DNA of 64,000 nucleotides from Candidatus Omnitrophota bacterium (GCA_020632515.1 JACKFK010000011.1:1284-65283); one strand, 5' to 3'; counted from the first letter of the stretch, positions 53,543 to 62,606 are shown. Made by a program: numbers and translations. Notes: generated by a model from the sequence alone, not told the origin.

Positions 53543-54862
53543 ATGTTTTTCCATAAACCGAAGCATGTTATTTTTCTTATTCATGGAATCGGCGGCGATA
53601 AGACCCATTTTGGGTATATGTCCAAAGCCTTACCTAAGATTTTGAATGAAAAAGATCCGTCGACTAAATATCTTGTAAAAAGTATTGAATATGATACAGG
53701 TCATGATGAGAAAACGCCGTATGAATTTGCTCAAGATATTAATTTAGTCATTCAAAGAACAACAGCCTCGGGGAAGTTTCGAAAAGAAGATAAGATTTCG
53801 CTGATTATGCATTCTCAAGGAGGTTTGGTGGGTGCAATCTGGGTCATGCAGTCATTGATGGGATCGCCGGGGTATAGTTCGCCAGCGACGATTAAACATC
53901 TAAATGCCTTTATTACTTTAGGAGCGCCGTTTTGGGGGGCCAAGACAGCGCAATGGGGCAGTGAGATTAAGGCCTTAACAAATCGTTTAGGCGTAAAGGT
54001 GGCTTTACCTTATGGGAAGAGGGAATTGGAGCAGATGTCTTTTGGGAGTGACTTGATTTTTGATTTTCGTATGGCCATGATTGATCCACAGTATCAGCCG
54101 TATATTAACCATTTGCGGGAGAATGTCAGATTCTTAAATATTGTCGGTGTCGCTGACTTATTAAATCCTTTAGGGATTTTTGTTTCCGGATCTGATAAGT
54201 ACGAAGACGATGGTGCAGTTCCATTAGCCAGCGCACGTTTTAATTTTTTGTATATTCAATCTTTGAAAAATAGTTATGACGATGATGATCTCGTCTTATT
54301 AGAAGAAGTTCGTGAGGTTGATATGGCTCCTTATGTGGTGGTCAACGCGATGCATCGTTCGCCTTTGCCGGAATTGGAAAATTTTGCGGGAATTGCGCAG
54401 ATTCCGAAAAAATGTATTAGAGATAAAAATTGTCTTCATCCAACCTTTCCTTATTTGTGGAATCATATTTTAGGGAACCCCGTTCAGCAGTTGGATCGGA
54501 ATTTGGGAGATTTCAAAACGTTTTTATTAGATTTAAATATTCGAATTGAAGCGGAGCAATATTATCATTGCAATGATATTCATCTTGATTTTCGTGATTT
54601 AGACGGAAAGCCGATTAATCAATCAAATATTGAAATAAAGAAGTTTTTTGAATTTTATGCTCATGGTAAGAAAAATTCGCAGAAATATCCTAATCATTGT
54701 CGATTTTATTTCACTGGAACAATTAAGCGGGTATTGCCAGGGCGAGATGAGGCTGTACGAATTAAGATTTTTGCCAAAGGGCTTAAGACAAGAGTTGTTG
54801 AAATGAAGTTGAGGGAAAGTTATTCTTCTTTTGTCGACGTTAATTTGATTCCGGCAAAGTAA
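53543..54862 (+). CDS. Alpha/beta-hydrolase lipase/esterase
   Basis: The AGGAG RBS lies before MFFHKPKHVIFLIHGIGGD. The nucleophile elbow is IMHSQGG. The ORF-track N-terminal extension is rejected. Confidence 0.65.
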   Translation: MFFHKPKHVIFLIHGIGGDKTHFGYMSKALPKILNEKDPSTKYLVKSIEYDTGHDEKTPYEFAQDINLVIQRTTASGKFRKEDKISLIMHSQGGLVGAIWVMQSLMGSPGYSSPATIKHLNAFITLGAPFWGAKTAQWGSEIKALTNRLGVKVALPYGKRELEQMSFGSDLIFDFRMAMIDPQYQPYINHLRENVRFLNIVGVADLLNPLGIFVSGSDKYEDDGAVPLASARFNFLYIQSLKNSYDDDDLVLLEEVREVDMAPYVVVNAMHRSPLPELENFAGIAQIPKKCIRDKNCLHPTFPYLWNHILGNPVQQLDRNLGDFKTFLLDLNIRIEAEQYYHCNDIHLDFRDLDGKPINQSNIEIKKFFEFYAHGKKNSQKYPNHCRFYFTGTIKRVLPGRDEAVRIKIFAKGLKTRVVEMKLRESYSSFVDVNLIPAK

Positions 54863-54872
54863 ATTACTCAAT

Positions 54873-54897
54873 ACAAATTCCAAGAGTATTTGTTTTT
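54873..54897 (+). terminator. Weak AT-rich terminator-like hairpin
   Basis: ACAAAT-TCCAAGAGT-ATTTGT followed by TTTT. Confidence 0.35.
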
Positions 54898-54942
54898 ATC
54901 TTATTTTATTGGTATGATGTCTCTCCAAAAAGGAGTGTGTGT

Positions 54943-55656
54943 ATGCTAAATCTAATTAATGGCGGTATTCAGCATTCAAACATTTTTCTGCATATGCCTT
55001 TATTTGATGAAATTTTTTATGAAGGTTATTTAGAAGGAAAGGTTCGAAAATATAAAGCTGTCCGTGAAGATCAGTCTTGTCGGTTTCTTGTATTGAATGT
55101 TATTCGTAAGGACGAATGTATAATCTGGGATGCGGTGCAAGATTTTCTCAAACGCAGTGTCATTGAGGCTGCGGTAAAAGTTCGAGGGGTATATGTTTTT
55201 GATTTATTGACAGTGGATATTCATAAGGAAATTAATACGTTTAATCTGAATGAATTGACAACAGTTATGATTAATCATTCACAAAAATGTCAGCCGGGGC
55301 AGCAGCGTTTAGTTAAATATTCATCAGTTTACGGATTGCTGCAAAAGATGGTTCATGAAGATTGGGGGAAGATTTCTCTAAAGACATCAGTTGAAGTTTT
55401 TAAAGATAAGCCGGTGTTTTTAGATTTGCTGGTAAAGCAGCTTATTAAAAATTTTGAATTTTCTCATGATCCAGGTATTTTGTTGTTAAATGATTTAAGT
55501 CAAAGTCCTCTATTTGATCCGCAGGATGCTCTGCAGCAAGAGCGCCTTCATAAAATGATTGAAGCGCAGATTCCAAAAGCGATTGAATTCCCTCCGGAAG
55601 TCTACATCCAAGATAAAAATGGGGTGCGGGAATTGTTGTCGCAAACAGTTATTTAG
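54943..55656 (+). CDS. Hypothetical protein
   Basis: 237-aa ORF with an AAAGGAG RBS. No motif recognised. Confidence 0.5.
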   Translation: MLNLINGGIQHSNIFLHMPLFDEIFYEGYLEGKVRKYKAVREDQSCRFLVLNVIRKDECIIWDAVQDFLKRSVIEAAVKVRGVYVFDLLTVDIHKEINTFNLNELTTVMINHSQKCQPGQQRLVKYSSVYGLLQKMVHEDWGKISLKTSVEVFKDKPVFLDLLVKQLIKNFEFSHDPGILLLNDLSQSPLFDPQDALQQERLHKMIEAQIPKAIEFPPEVYIQDKNGVRELLSQTVI

Positions 55657-55735
55657 TTAATCTGTTTTAGACAATTCTCATAACATTATATTTTATAAAT
55701 ATTTATGAGTTTTTGTGATGTTTTTAATAAATTAT

Positions 55736-55764
55736 TTGACATATCAAATTTTGATATGTTAATC
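55736..55764 (+). promoter_or_regulatory. Promoter of MarR-3 overlapped by a perfect 10-1-10 palindrome
   Basis: TTGACA (55736-55741). ACATATCAAA-T-TTTGATATGT (55739-55759) fills the spacer. A weak -10, TTAATC, follows. Confidence 0.6.
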
Positions 55765-55774
55765 TTATATTAAG

Positions 55775-56284
55775 ATGGAAAAAGTAAAGAGAATGAAAAA
55801 TTTTTATTTAGACACGGTCAAAGGGCGGCCCAGTGCGGAAGCATTTAATGGGATGCTTTGTGTCTATTCGCTATTACAGAGAAAGATGGATGAATACTTC
55901 AAACCGTATTCTTTAACACCGGTGAAATTTAATGCTTTGATGTTGATTAAGCATTTAGGTGAATCAGAAGGGATGAGTCAGAACGAAATTTGCCATCATC
56001 TTATTGTAAGTCCGTCCAATATTACTCGCTTGATTGACCGCTTAATTGCTGATGGTCTTGTTCAACGGATTGTTTCGGAAAAAGATAGAAGGATCAAGTT
56101 GATCAAAATTACAGCTAAAGGAGATGAGATTTTAAATCAGCTTTTTCATGGGTATGGTGAAATGATTCAGAAGTCCGTATATGTTTTAGAGCGGTCAGAG
56201 GTGGAAGATTTGGCGCGCTTACTCTTAAAATGGTTTATAAAGTTAAATGAAAATTCATTAAGCAAGGATGGTGGACATGAATAA
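55775..56284 (+). CDS. MarR-family transcriptional regulator (paralog 3)
   Basis: ICHHLIVSPSNITRLIDRLIADGLVQRIVSEKDRRIKLIKITAKGDEIL shows the same subfamily pattern as paralogs 1 and 2. Confidence 0.8.
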   Translation: MEKVKRMKNFYLDTVKGRPSAEAFNGMLCVYSLLQRKMDEYFKPYSLTPVKFNALMLIKHLGESEGMSQNEICHHLIVSPSNITRLIDRLIADGLVQRIVSEKDRRIKLIKITAKGDEILNQLFHGYGEMIQKSVYVLERSEVEDLARLLLKWFIKLNENSLSKDGGHE

Positions 56285-56627
56285 TAAATGGAATAAATTA
56301 GCGATGGTGGTGAGTCTGGGGATGTCTGTGTTTATGGTTGGGCTGGTTATTGTTACATCGTTACAAAGCAATTTGCTTGAGGCTCTTCCTCGGTTAAATC
56401 AAGAACCTTGGTTTGTTACAACAATTGTTGATTTTTATTTTAATATAGCTCTTATTTCATTTTGGATTTTGTATAAAGAGAAAAGTCCTTTTATCGCGCT
56501 GATCTGGATTTTTTCATTTATTTGTTTAGGTAGTATTACAACAGCTTTTTATGTTTTTCTTCAGTTTTTCAAAATGCGTAATGAAAAATCTTGCAATAGA
56601 GTTTTGTTGCGTGAAGGGAGCCTATGA
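56277..56627 (+). CDS. Small four-TM membrane protein
   Basis: Hydrophobic spans LAMVVSLGMSVFMVGLVIV, FVTTIVDFYFNIALISFWIL, FIALIWIFSFICLGSITTAFYVFL. Overlaps both neighbouring genes. Confidence 0.5.
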   Translation: MNNKWNKLAMVVSLGMSVFMVGLVIVTSLQSNLLEALPRLNQEPWFVTTIVDFYFNIALISFWILYKEKSPFIALIWIFSFICLGSITTAFYVFLQFFKMRNEKSCNRVLLREGSL

Positions 56628-57421
56628 TGTTTGAACTTGTTGCGTCCATGGTTTTAACAGGGGCGTTGAGTGTTATTGTGTTATTTTTTATTTTATGGAT
56701 TATTCATATTTTTCTCAATAACGCCGGAGTTGTCGATGTAGGGTGGGGGATGGGGTTTATTATTTTATCGGGGATTTATTCGTGGATGGGGCAAGGATTC
56801 AATTTCCGTAACACATTGTATTTTATTTTGGTAAGTTTGTGGGGCTTACGAATTGTCTTTTTTTTACTCAAGCGTTTAGTTAAAGAGGGTTATGAAGATC
56901 GCCGTTATCAAAAGATTCGTAAGGATTGGGGCGGTAATATGACTTTGAAGTTTTTTTTCTTTTTCGAATTTCAAGCTCTGCTTGAGGTGATTCTGGCCGT
57001 GCCGTTTCTTATCGTGAGTCTTAATCCATCAGATAATTTTACTATTATGGAATTTTTAGGATCTTTTATCTTTATCGGAGCGTTGTTAGGAGAGACGATA
57101 GCAGATGAACAGTTGCAGCGCTTCAAATCTGATGCTCGTAACAAAGGAAAAGTTTGTGATGTTGGATTGTGGCGTTTTTCACGTCATCCGAATTATTTTT
57201 TTGAATGGCTGATTTGGGTTGGATTTTTTATCTTTGCTTTAGGAAGTTCAATGGGGTGGTTGGGAATTATTAGTCCGGTGATTATGTATTATCTATTGAA
57301 TTATGTAAGTGGAGTTCCTTTAGCTGAAGAGCAGTCATTGCAGTCTCGAGGAGATGCTTATCGTCAATATCAGAAAAGAACAAGCGTGTTCTTTCCAATG
57401 CCGCCAAAGGAAAATATATGA
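56624..57421 (+). CDS. DUF1295 (steroid 5-alpha-reductase/ICMT-like) membrane protein
   Basis: GLWRFSRHPNYFFEWLIWVGFF is the family signature. ATGA overlaps at both ends. Confidence 0.75.
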   Translation: MMFELVASMVLTGALSVIVLFFILWIIHIFLNNAGVVDVGWGMGFIILSGIYSWMGQGFNFRNTLYFILVSLWGLRIVFFLLKRLVKEGYEDRRYQKIRKDWGGNMTLKFFFFFEFQALLEVILAVPFLIVSLNPSDNFTIMEFLGSFIFIGALLGETIADEQLQRFKSDARNKGKVCDVGLWRFSRHPNYFFEWLIWVGFFIFALGSSMGWLGIISPVIMYYLLNYVSGVPLAEEQSLQSRGDAYRQYQKRTSVFFPMPPKENI

Positions 57422-58467
57422 AGAAATTTTTAAATTTGTCCCAAAAGTTATTGGAAAAAGGGCTTATTCCCGATCCTTTGATTCGTATGGGGATTCGTGG
57501 ATTGTTAAGGGAAAAGCTAGAAGAAGAAAAAAAGGTTCTCAACAAATTAGGCGAAAAACGAAAGTATGATTTGATTGAACAGTTAAAAAATTCTCCAATT
57601 GCTGTCAATACGCAAGATGCAAATCAACAACATTATGAACTGCCGACCGAATTCTTTCAATTGATCATGGGGTCGAATATGAAATACAGTTGTGGCTATT
57701 GGAAAGACGGAGTAAATGATTTTAATCAGTCGGAAGCGGATATGCTGCAATTGACACTTGAGCGTAGTGAAATTCAAAATGGACAGAGTATTTTAGAGTT
57801 AGGCTGTGGATGGGGATCGTTGACGTTATTTATGGCTGAACATTTTCCTGAAAACAAAATTGTTGCTGTCTCAAATTCGCGGACACAAAAACAGTTTATT
57901 GATAGTCAAGCATGCCAGCGCGGGTTGAAAAATATTCGTGTTATTACGGCAGACATGAATACATTTTTCATTGACGAAAAGTTTGACCGTATTGTTTCAG
58001 TAGAAATGTTTGAACATATGCGTAATTACAGCCAACTTTTGAAAAAACTTTCCGAATTTATTAAGGAAGATGGGAAATTATTTATTCATATTTTCACACA
58101 TCGGGAGTTTGCGTATTTATATGATGAAAAAGATGAATCTGATTGGATCGCTAAATACTTTTTTACAGGCGGGATTATGCCATCGGATGATCTTTTACTA
58201 TCGTTTCAAGATGATTTCGAGATTGAAGAGCAGTGGCAGGTTAATGGAAAACATTATCAAAGAACATCGGAAGCATGGTTGTCAAATATGGATAAAAACA
58301 AAAATAAAATTATACCGATTTTAACGAAGACGTATGGAGAGAATCAATGTAAGAAGTGGTGGATGTATTGGAGAGTTTTTTTTATGTCTTGCGCGGAATT
58401 ATGGGGATATAAAAATGGAACGGAATGGATTGTTAGTCATTATCGTTTTAGAAAAAGGATTAGTTAA
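57418..58467 (+). CDS. Cyclopropane/mycolic-acid-synthase-family SAM-dependent methyltransferase
   Basis: HYELPTEFFQLIMGSNMKYSCGYW and the SAM motif ILELGCGWGSLTLFMAE. Confidence 0.8.
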   Translation: MKKFLNLSQKLLEKGLIPDPLIRMGIRGLLREKLEEEKKVLNKLGEKRKYDLIEQLKNSPIAVNTQDANQQHYELPTEFFQLIMGSNMKYSCGYWKDGVNDFNQSEADMLQLTLERSEIQNGQSILELGCGWGSLTLFMAEHFPENKIVAVSNSRTQKQFIDSQACQRGLKNIRVITADMNTFFIDEKFDRIVSVEMFEHMRNYSQLLKKLSEFIKEDGKLFIHIFTHREFAYLYDEKDESDWIAKYFFTGGIMPSDDLLLSFQDDFEIEEQWQVNGKHYQRTSEAWLSNMDKNKNKIIPILTKTYGENQCKKWWMYWRVFFMSCAELWGYKNGTEWIVSHYRFRKRIS

Positions 58468-59717
58468 TGCAGAAAATTGCAATCATTGGAACTGGTATTG
58501 CCGGTATGGGCGCTGGGTATTTTCTTAAAGATAAATTTGATATTACTTTTTTTGAAAAAAATAGTTATCCCGGTGGGCATACAAATACATTAAGTGTTGA
58601 CGAGGAGGGGGAGCCTATATATATCGATTCGGCCTTTATGGTTTACAACGAAATTACGTATCCTAATTTAGTCAGGTTATTTAACGAATTGGATGTAAAG
58701 ACTAAGCCAACAGATATGTCCTTTAGCGTTCAACACTTACCTAGTGGGTTGGAATATTGCGGAACAGGGCTCAATGGGCTCTTCGCACAAAGAAGGAATT
58801 TATTTAATGTCAATCATTGGAAGATGCTTTTGGAGATGGATCGATTTAATAAAGAATCTTTAGAAGTATTAGAGGGGGATCAATTTTTAACTTATTCGTT
58901 GAGTGATTATGTTAAAGAGAAAAATTATAGTGAAGATTTTTTTCATAAATTTCTTATTCCAATCAGTTCAGCTGTTTGGTCAACCCCGCCTGATTTGATG
59001 TTAGAATTCTCTGTTGTTACACTGGTGCGTTTCTTTAAAAATCATGGTTTTTTAGGGTTGCATGGGCATTATCAATGGAGAACCGTTGTCGATGGTAGTC
59101 AAAGGTACCGGGATAAAATTCTTCAGTTTTTCAAAGGTAAGATTTTGTTGAATCAATCTCTTAAGACGGTTATCCGTCAGGAAAATAAAGTTATTTTGGT
59201 GGATAAACAAGGTCGGAAACAAGAATTTGATAAAGTGATAATGGCTTGTCATGCTGATCAAGCATTAGCGTTATTAGAGCGTCCGACGATTTTAGAAAAA
59301 GGATTGTTGGAGAAATATAAATATCACCGCAATCGTGCGACGTTACATACAGATGAAACAGTTATGCCAAAAACTCGTTTGGCTTGGTCATCTTGGAATT
59401 ATCGAATCAATGACCGTTATCCAGCGACAATTTATTGGATGAATAACCTGCAGCATGTATCAAAGAGAAATAATTATTTTGTTTCAATTAATGATGATGG
59501 AGTTGTTAACTCCTCTAAGATTTTATGGGATTCGGAATATACTCATCCAATTTTTGATGTTGCCGCTATTAAAGAGCAGCCACGACTACCTTCATTAAAT
59601 AATACTGGGCCGATTTATTTTTGTGGTGCTTATTTTAAATATGGTTTTCATGAAGATGCTTTGACGTCAGGGTTGCAGGTAGCCAGAGTGATTTCAGGGG
59701 AAAATTTATGGGATTGA
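58467..59717 (+). CDS. FAD-dependent oxidoreductase (amine-oxidase/phytoene-desaturase-like)
   Basis: N-terminal dinucleotide fold KIAIIGTGIAGMGAGYFL...FEKNSYPGGH. Confidence 0.75.
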   Translation: MQKIAIIGTGIAGMGAGYFLKDKFDITFFEKNSYPGGHTNTLSVDEEGEPIYIDSAFMVYNEITYPNLVRLFNELDVKTKPTDMSFSVQHLPSGLEYCGTGLNGLFAQRRNLFNVNHWKMLLEMDRFNKESLEVLEGDQFLTYSLSDYVKEKNYSEDFFHKFLIPISSAVWSTPPDLMLEFSVVTLVRFFKNHGFLGLHGHYQWRTVVDGSQRYRDKILQFFKGKILLNQSLKTVIRQENKVILVDKQGRKQEFDKVIMACHADQALALLERPTILEKGLLEKYKYHRNRATLHTDETVMPKTRLAWSSWNYRINDRYPATIYWMNNLQHVSKRNNYFVSINDDGVVNSSKILWDSEYTHPIFDVAAIKEQPRLPSLNNTGPIYFCGAYFKYGFHEDALTSGLQVARVISGENLWD

Positions 59718-60493
59718 ATTCATGCCTTTATGAAACGCTTGTTATGCATTGCCGGATTCGGCCTAAACGATATCGGTTTGTGCATAAAATCTTTATGTTT
59801 TATTTAGACTTGGATGAGTTGAATGTTATTACAAAAAATATTTTTCTGATTAGTCACAATAAAAGGAATATTTATAATTTTAGGGATAAGGATCATTTTG
59901 ATTTAGATGGGAAAAATATTAAGGAGAAAGTTATTGCCTTCCTGCAATCAAAGGGAGTTTATTTTAATAAAGGCAAGATTATGCTTTTAACGAATTTACG
60001 GACATTCGGATATTTGTTTAATCCTGTTTCATTTTACTTTTGTTTTGACGAAAGAGATGTTCCTATTTGTGTTATTCCGGAGATTGGTAATACTTTCGGC
60101 GAAATAAAACCTTTTTTGATTGATTCTGCTTCATTCCATAATGGAAAATTTGTTAGTCAACAAAAGAAATTTTTTTATATTTCGCCTTTTATTGATCTGG
60201 ATATTCCGTTAGATTTTCAATTACATGTTCCTGATGACCGGTTGAATATTCAAATTGATGATTTTGATAAGGAGGGAAAATTTTTATATGCAACTATGTC
60301 AGGAAAAAGAAAAGAATTGAATAATAGAAATTTATTTTGGCATACTATGAGATATCCGTTTATAACATTGAAAGTTATTGTTTTAATTCATTATCATGCT
60401 CTTCGTCTTTGGATGAAAAAAGTACCGTATAATGAAAAGACAAACAATTCTCATTTACAAAGGGAGGTTTATCGTGGATGGAATAAAAATTAA
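59708..60493 (+). CDS. DUF1365 family protein
   Basis: LYETLVMHCRIRPKRYRFVHKIFMFYLDLDEL matches the DUF1365 N-terminal pattern (G.V.H.R..P..H.F.Y.vf...lDLdel). Confidence 0.7.
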   Translation: MGLNSCLYETLVMHCRIRPKRYRFVHKIFMFYLDLDELNVITKNIFLISHNKRNIYNFRDKDHFDLDGKNIKEKVIAFLQSKGVYFNKGKIMLLTNLRTFGYLFNPVSFYFCFDERDVPICVIPEIGNTFGEIKPFLIDSASFHNGKFVSQQKKFFYISPFIDLDIPLDFQLHVPDDRLNIQIDDFDKEGKFLYATMSGKRKELNNRNLFWHTMRYPFITLKVIVLIHYHALRLWMKKVPYNEKTNNSHLQREVYRGWNKN

Positions 60494-61739
60494 ACAAAAA
60501 GATTCTATTCATATAAAAAAAAATAAGTTAAATCTTTATCAGAAGATTATTGATTATGTATTTCGACCTATGCGTTTGGGCCGTCTCACGATGCGTTTGC
60601 CTGATGGGAGGTTTTTAATTTATGGCAATGGTAAAGATGGGGTTGAAGCAGAAATTACAATACGGAACAATAATTTTTTTAAGAAATGTGTTTTTTTTGG
60701 AGATGTTGGATTTGGTGAGTCTTATGTTGATGGAGATTGGGACACCGAAGATATTACAAAGGTGATTGAATGGATGATTATCAATGTAGAACATCATCCA
60801 ACATTGATGTCAGATAAGAAAAAACGAGCGCCCGTTAATTGGTTAAAGGTAATTAATAATTTGATTAGTCTTGTCCGGAAAAATTCTCTCAATGGTAGTC
60901 GTAAGAATATTTATGAACATTATGATTTAGGAAATGATTTCTTCAAGCTGTTTCTGGATCCTTCTATGACATATTCATCAGCTTATTTTAAAAATGAACA
61001 GATGTCGCTTGAACAGGCACAATATCAGAAGTACGAACAGTTTTGTCAGAAAATCCGTTTAAGACATACGGATCATTTGTTAGAGATTGGTAGTGGTTGG
61101 GGTGGTTTTGCGATGTATGCGGTCAAAAATTTTGGTTGTCAGGTAACAACAATAACAGTTTCTAAAGAACAGCATGATTTTGTGGAGAAAAGAATTAAAG
61201 AGGAGGGTTTAGTGGATAAGATTAATGTTAAGCTTACAGATTACCGAAAGATCAAAGGAGTATATGATAAAATTGTTTCTATTGAAATGTTGGAGGCTGT
61301 CGGTCATGAATATTATGAAGAATATTTTCGGCAATGTCATAATCTTTTAAAGAAAGATGGAATAATGGCATTGCAGGTAATTTTATCACCGGATAATCGT
61401 TATGAAAGTTTTCGTAAAAATGTTGACTGGATTGAGAAACATATTTTTCCAGGGAGTTTATTGCCATCCACAGCGGTTCTGCTTAAAAATGTAAACAAAT
61501 CAGGGGATTTAGGTCTGTTCGATTTTGAGGATATAACACCTCACTATGTAAAGACGTTAGATTTATGGTGCCGGAATTTTAATCAGCAATTAGCGTCAAT
61601 TAAAGCTATGCGCTTTGATGAATCTTTTATTCGTCAATGGAATTATTATTGGTGTTATTGTAAAGCTGCTTTTCAAACGCGTAATATTAGTGTGGCGCAA
61701 ATGGTTTTCAGCCGGCCGAATAATTTAACACTTTCATAG
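60432..61739 (+). CDS. cfa: Cyclopropane-fatty-acyl-phospholipid synthase family methyltransferase
   Basis: HYDLGNDFFKLFLDPSMTYSSAYF, SAM motif LLEIGSGWGGFAMYA, and IEMLEAVGHEY. The start is uncertain (ATG 60432, or a GTG near 60473). Confidence 0.8.
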   Translation: MKRQTILIYKGRFIVDGIKIKQKDSIHIKKNKLNLYQKIIDYVFRPMRLGRLTMRLPDGRFLIYGNGKDGVEAEITIRNNNFFKKCVFFGDVGFGESYVDGDWDTEDITKVIEWMIINVEHHPTLMSDKKKRAPVNWLKVINNLISLVRKNSLNGSRKNIYEHYDLGNDFFKLFLDPSMTYSSAYFKNEQMSLEQAQYQKYEQFCQKIRLRHTDHLLEIGSGWGGFAMYAVKNFGCQVTTITVSKEQHDFVEKRIKEEGLVDKINVKLTDYRKIKGVYDKIVSIEMLEAVGHEYYEEYFRQCHNLLKKDGIMALQVILSPDNRYESFRKNVDWIEKHIFPGSLLPSTAVLLKNVNKSGDLGLFDFEDITPHYVKTLDLWCRNFNQQLASIKAMRFDESFIRQWNYYWCYCKAAFQTRNISVAQMVFSRPNNLTLS

Positions 61740-61789
61740 GTTATTTTAAAAAAAATCTTGACAATTAGTTTAATTAGTTATATTTTGGA

Positions 61790-61884
61790 ACTTAAATAAG
61801 TTTATAGTTAACTTATTTAAATGAGCGGCACGAGATCAGATGAATCCAAAGCCCAATTCTTTTTGTAATGAGTTGGGTTTTTTA
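61790..61884 (+). ncRNA. Candidate small RNA A (promoter at 61758, two hairpins, intrinsic terminator)
   Basis: TTGACA at 61758-61763, with TATATT or TATTTT 15-17 nt downstream. Hairpin TTAAATAAGTT...AACTTATTTAA. Terminator CCCAATTC-loop-GAGTTGGG followed by TTTTTTATTT. No ORF. Confidence 0.45.
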
Positions 61885-61974
61885 TTTAAACGGATTTTGA
61901 TAAAGGCTTGAAAGCCTATATTTTTCAATAGTTTAAATGGTTGAATAGTTGCTTAGTATTAGGATTCAACTATA

Positions 61975-62053
61975 CAACATTTAGAGGACAGAGATCAACG
62001 CATCCAGAGCCCATTTTCCTATCGAAGTTAATAGGGAGTGGGTTTCTTTTTTT
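61975..62053 (+). ncRNA. Candidate small RNA B (paralog of A)
   Basis: The core GAGGACAGAGATCAACGCATCCAGAGCCCATTT aligns with GAGCGGCACGAGATCAGATGAATCCAAAGCCCAATT of element A. It has a 12-bp terminator stem (62010-62042) followed by TTTCTTTTTTT. Confidence 0.4.
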
Positions 62054-62072
62054 CGGTTATAAAACGACTTGT

Positions 62073-62606
62073 TTATTTGACATTATTATAGAGGGAAGAT
62101 TTGAGGCCGTGTTGATGAACCAGTTTTCCTCCATAATGCGCGGTATTGATGACCAGGATCAGGGAGTATCCATAGAAGGCGAGGAATAGGCAAGAAGCGA
62201 TGATCCAAAAAGGTTGTTTTAGTTTTTTGAGGGATTTATGAAAAAATGAGTAAAGAGTAAAGCAAACAGTCAAAATGATAAAGTTTAATTTAAGGGATTC
62301 AGCCCCTTTATCATGTTGTTCTAAAGTAGCTAAAGTTTCGGGATTAATTTTTCCCAGAGCATCAGCAGCCTTTTCCCCAGCTTCAAATGCTAAAAGTAAG
62401 GTGATGGTGCCAATGATCAATAGAATTAATGCGCTCAAATGAAAACATTGTTTATGTTTTGGGAGAATTAAGCCAAGGATAACAAAGAGTGGAGTGACAA
62501 ATAAAAGTCCGATAGGAAAATGAACAAGAGCAGGGTGAAGGCTTCCTAAATCTTGCAAACCGGAATTTGCGATCTTTGAAATAATATTTAATAAATCGGT
62601 ATTCAT
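62073..62606 (-). CDS. DUF2231 membrane protein
   Basis: LHPALVHFPIGLLFVTPLF is the DUF2231 signature. Four TM spans. Confidence 0.65.
   Translation of the reverse strand: MNTDLLNIISKIANSGLQDLGSLHPALVHFPIGLLFVTPLFVILGLILPKHKQCFHLSALILLIIGTITLLLAFEAGEKAADALGKINPETLATLEQHDKGAESLKLNFIILTVCFTLYSFFHKSLKKLKQPFWIIASCLFLAFYGYSLILVINTAHYGGKLVHQHGLKSSLYNNVK

Noticed and set aside
61941-62189. 82-aa + strand ORF
   Set aside because: It has a non-ATG start, runs through the sRNA B terminator and overlaps the DUF2231 gene on the opposite strand. No motif is present.
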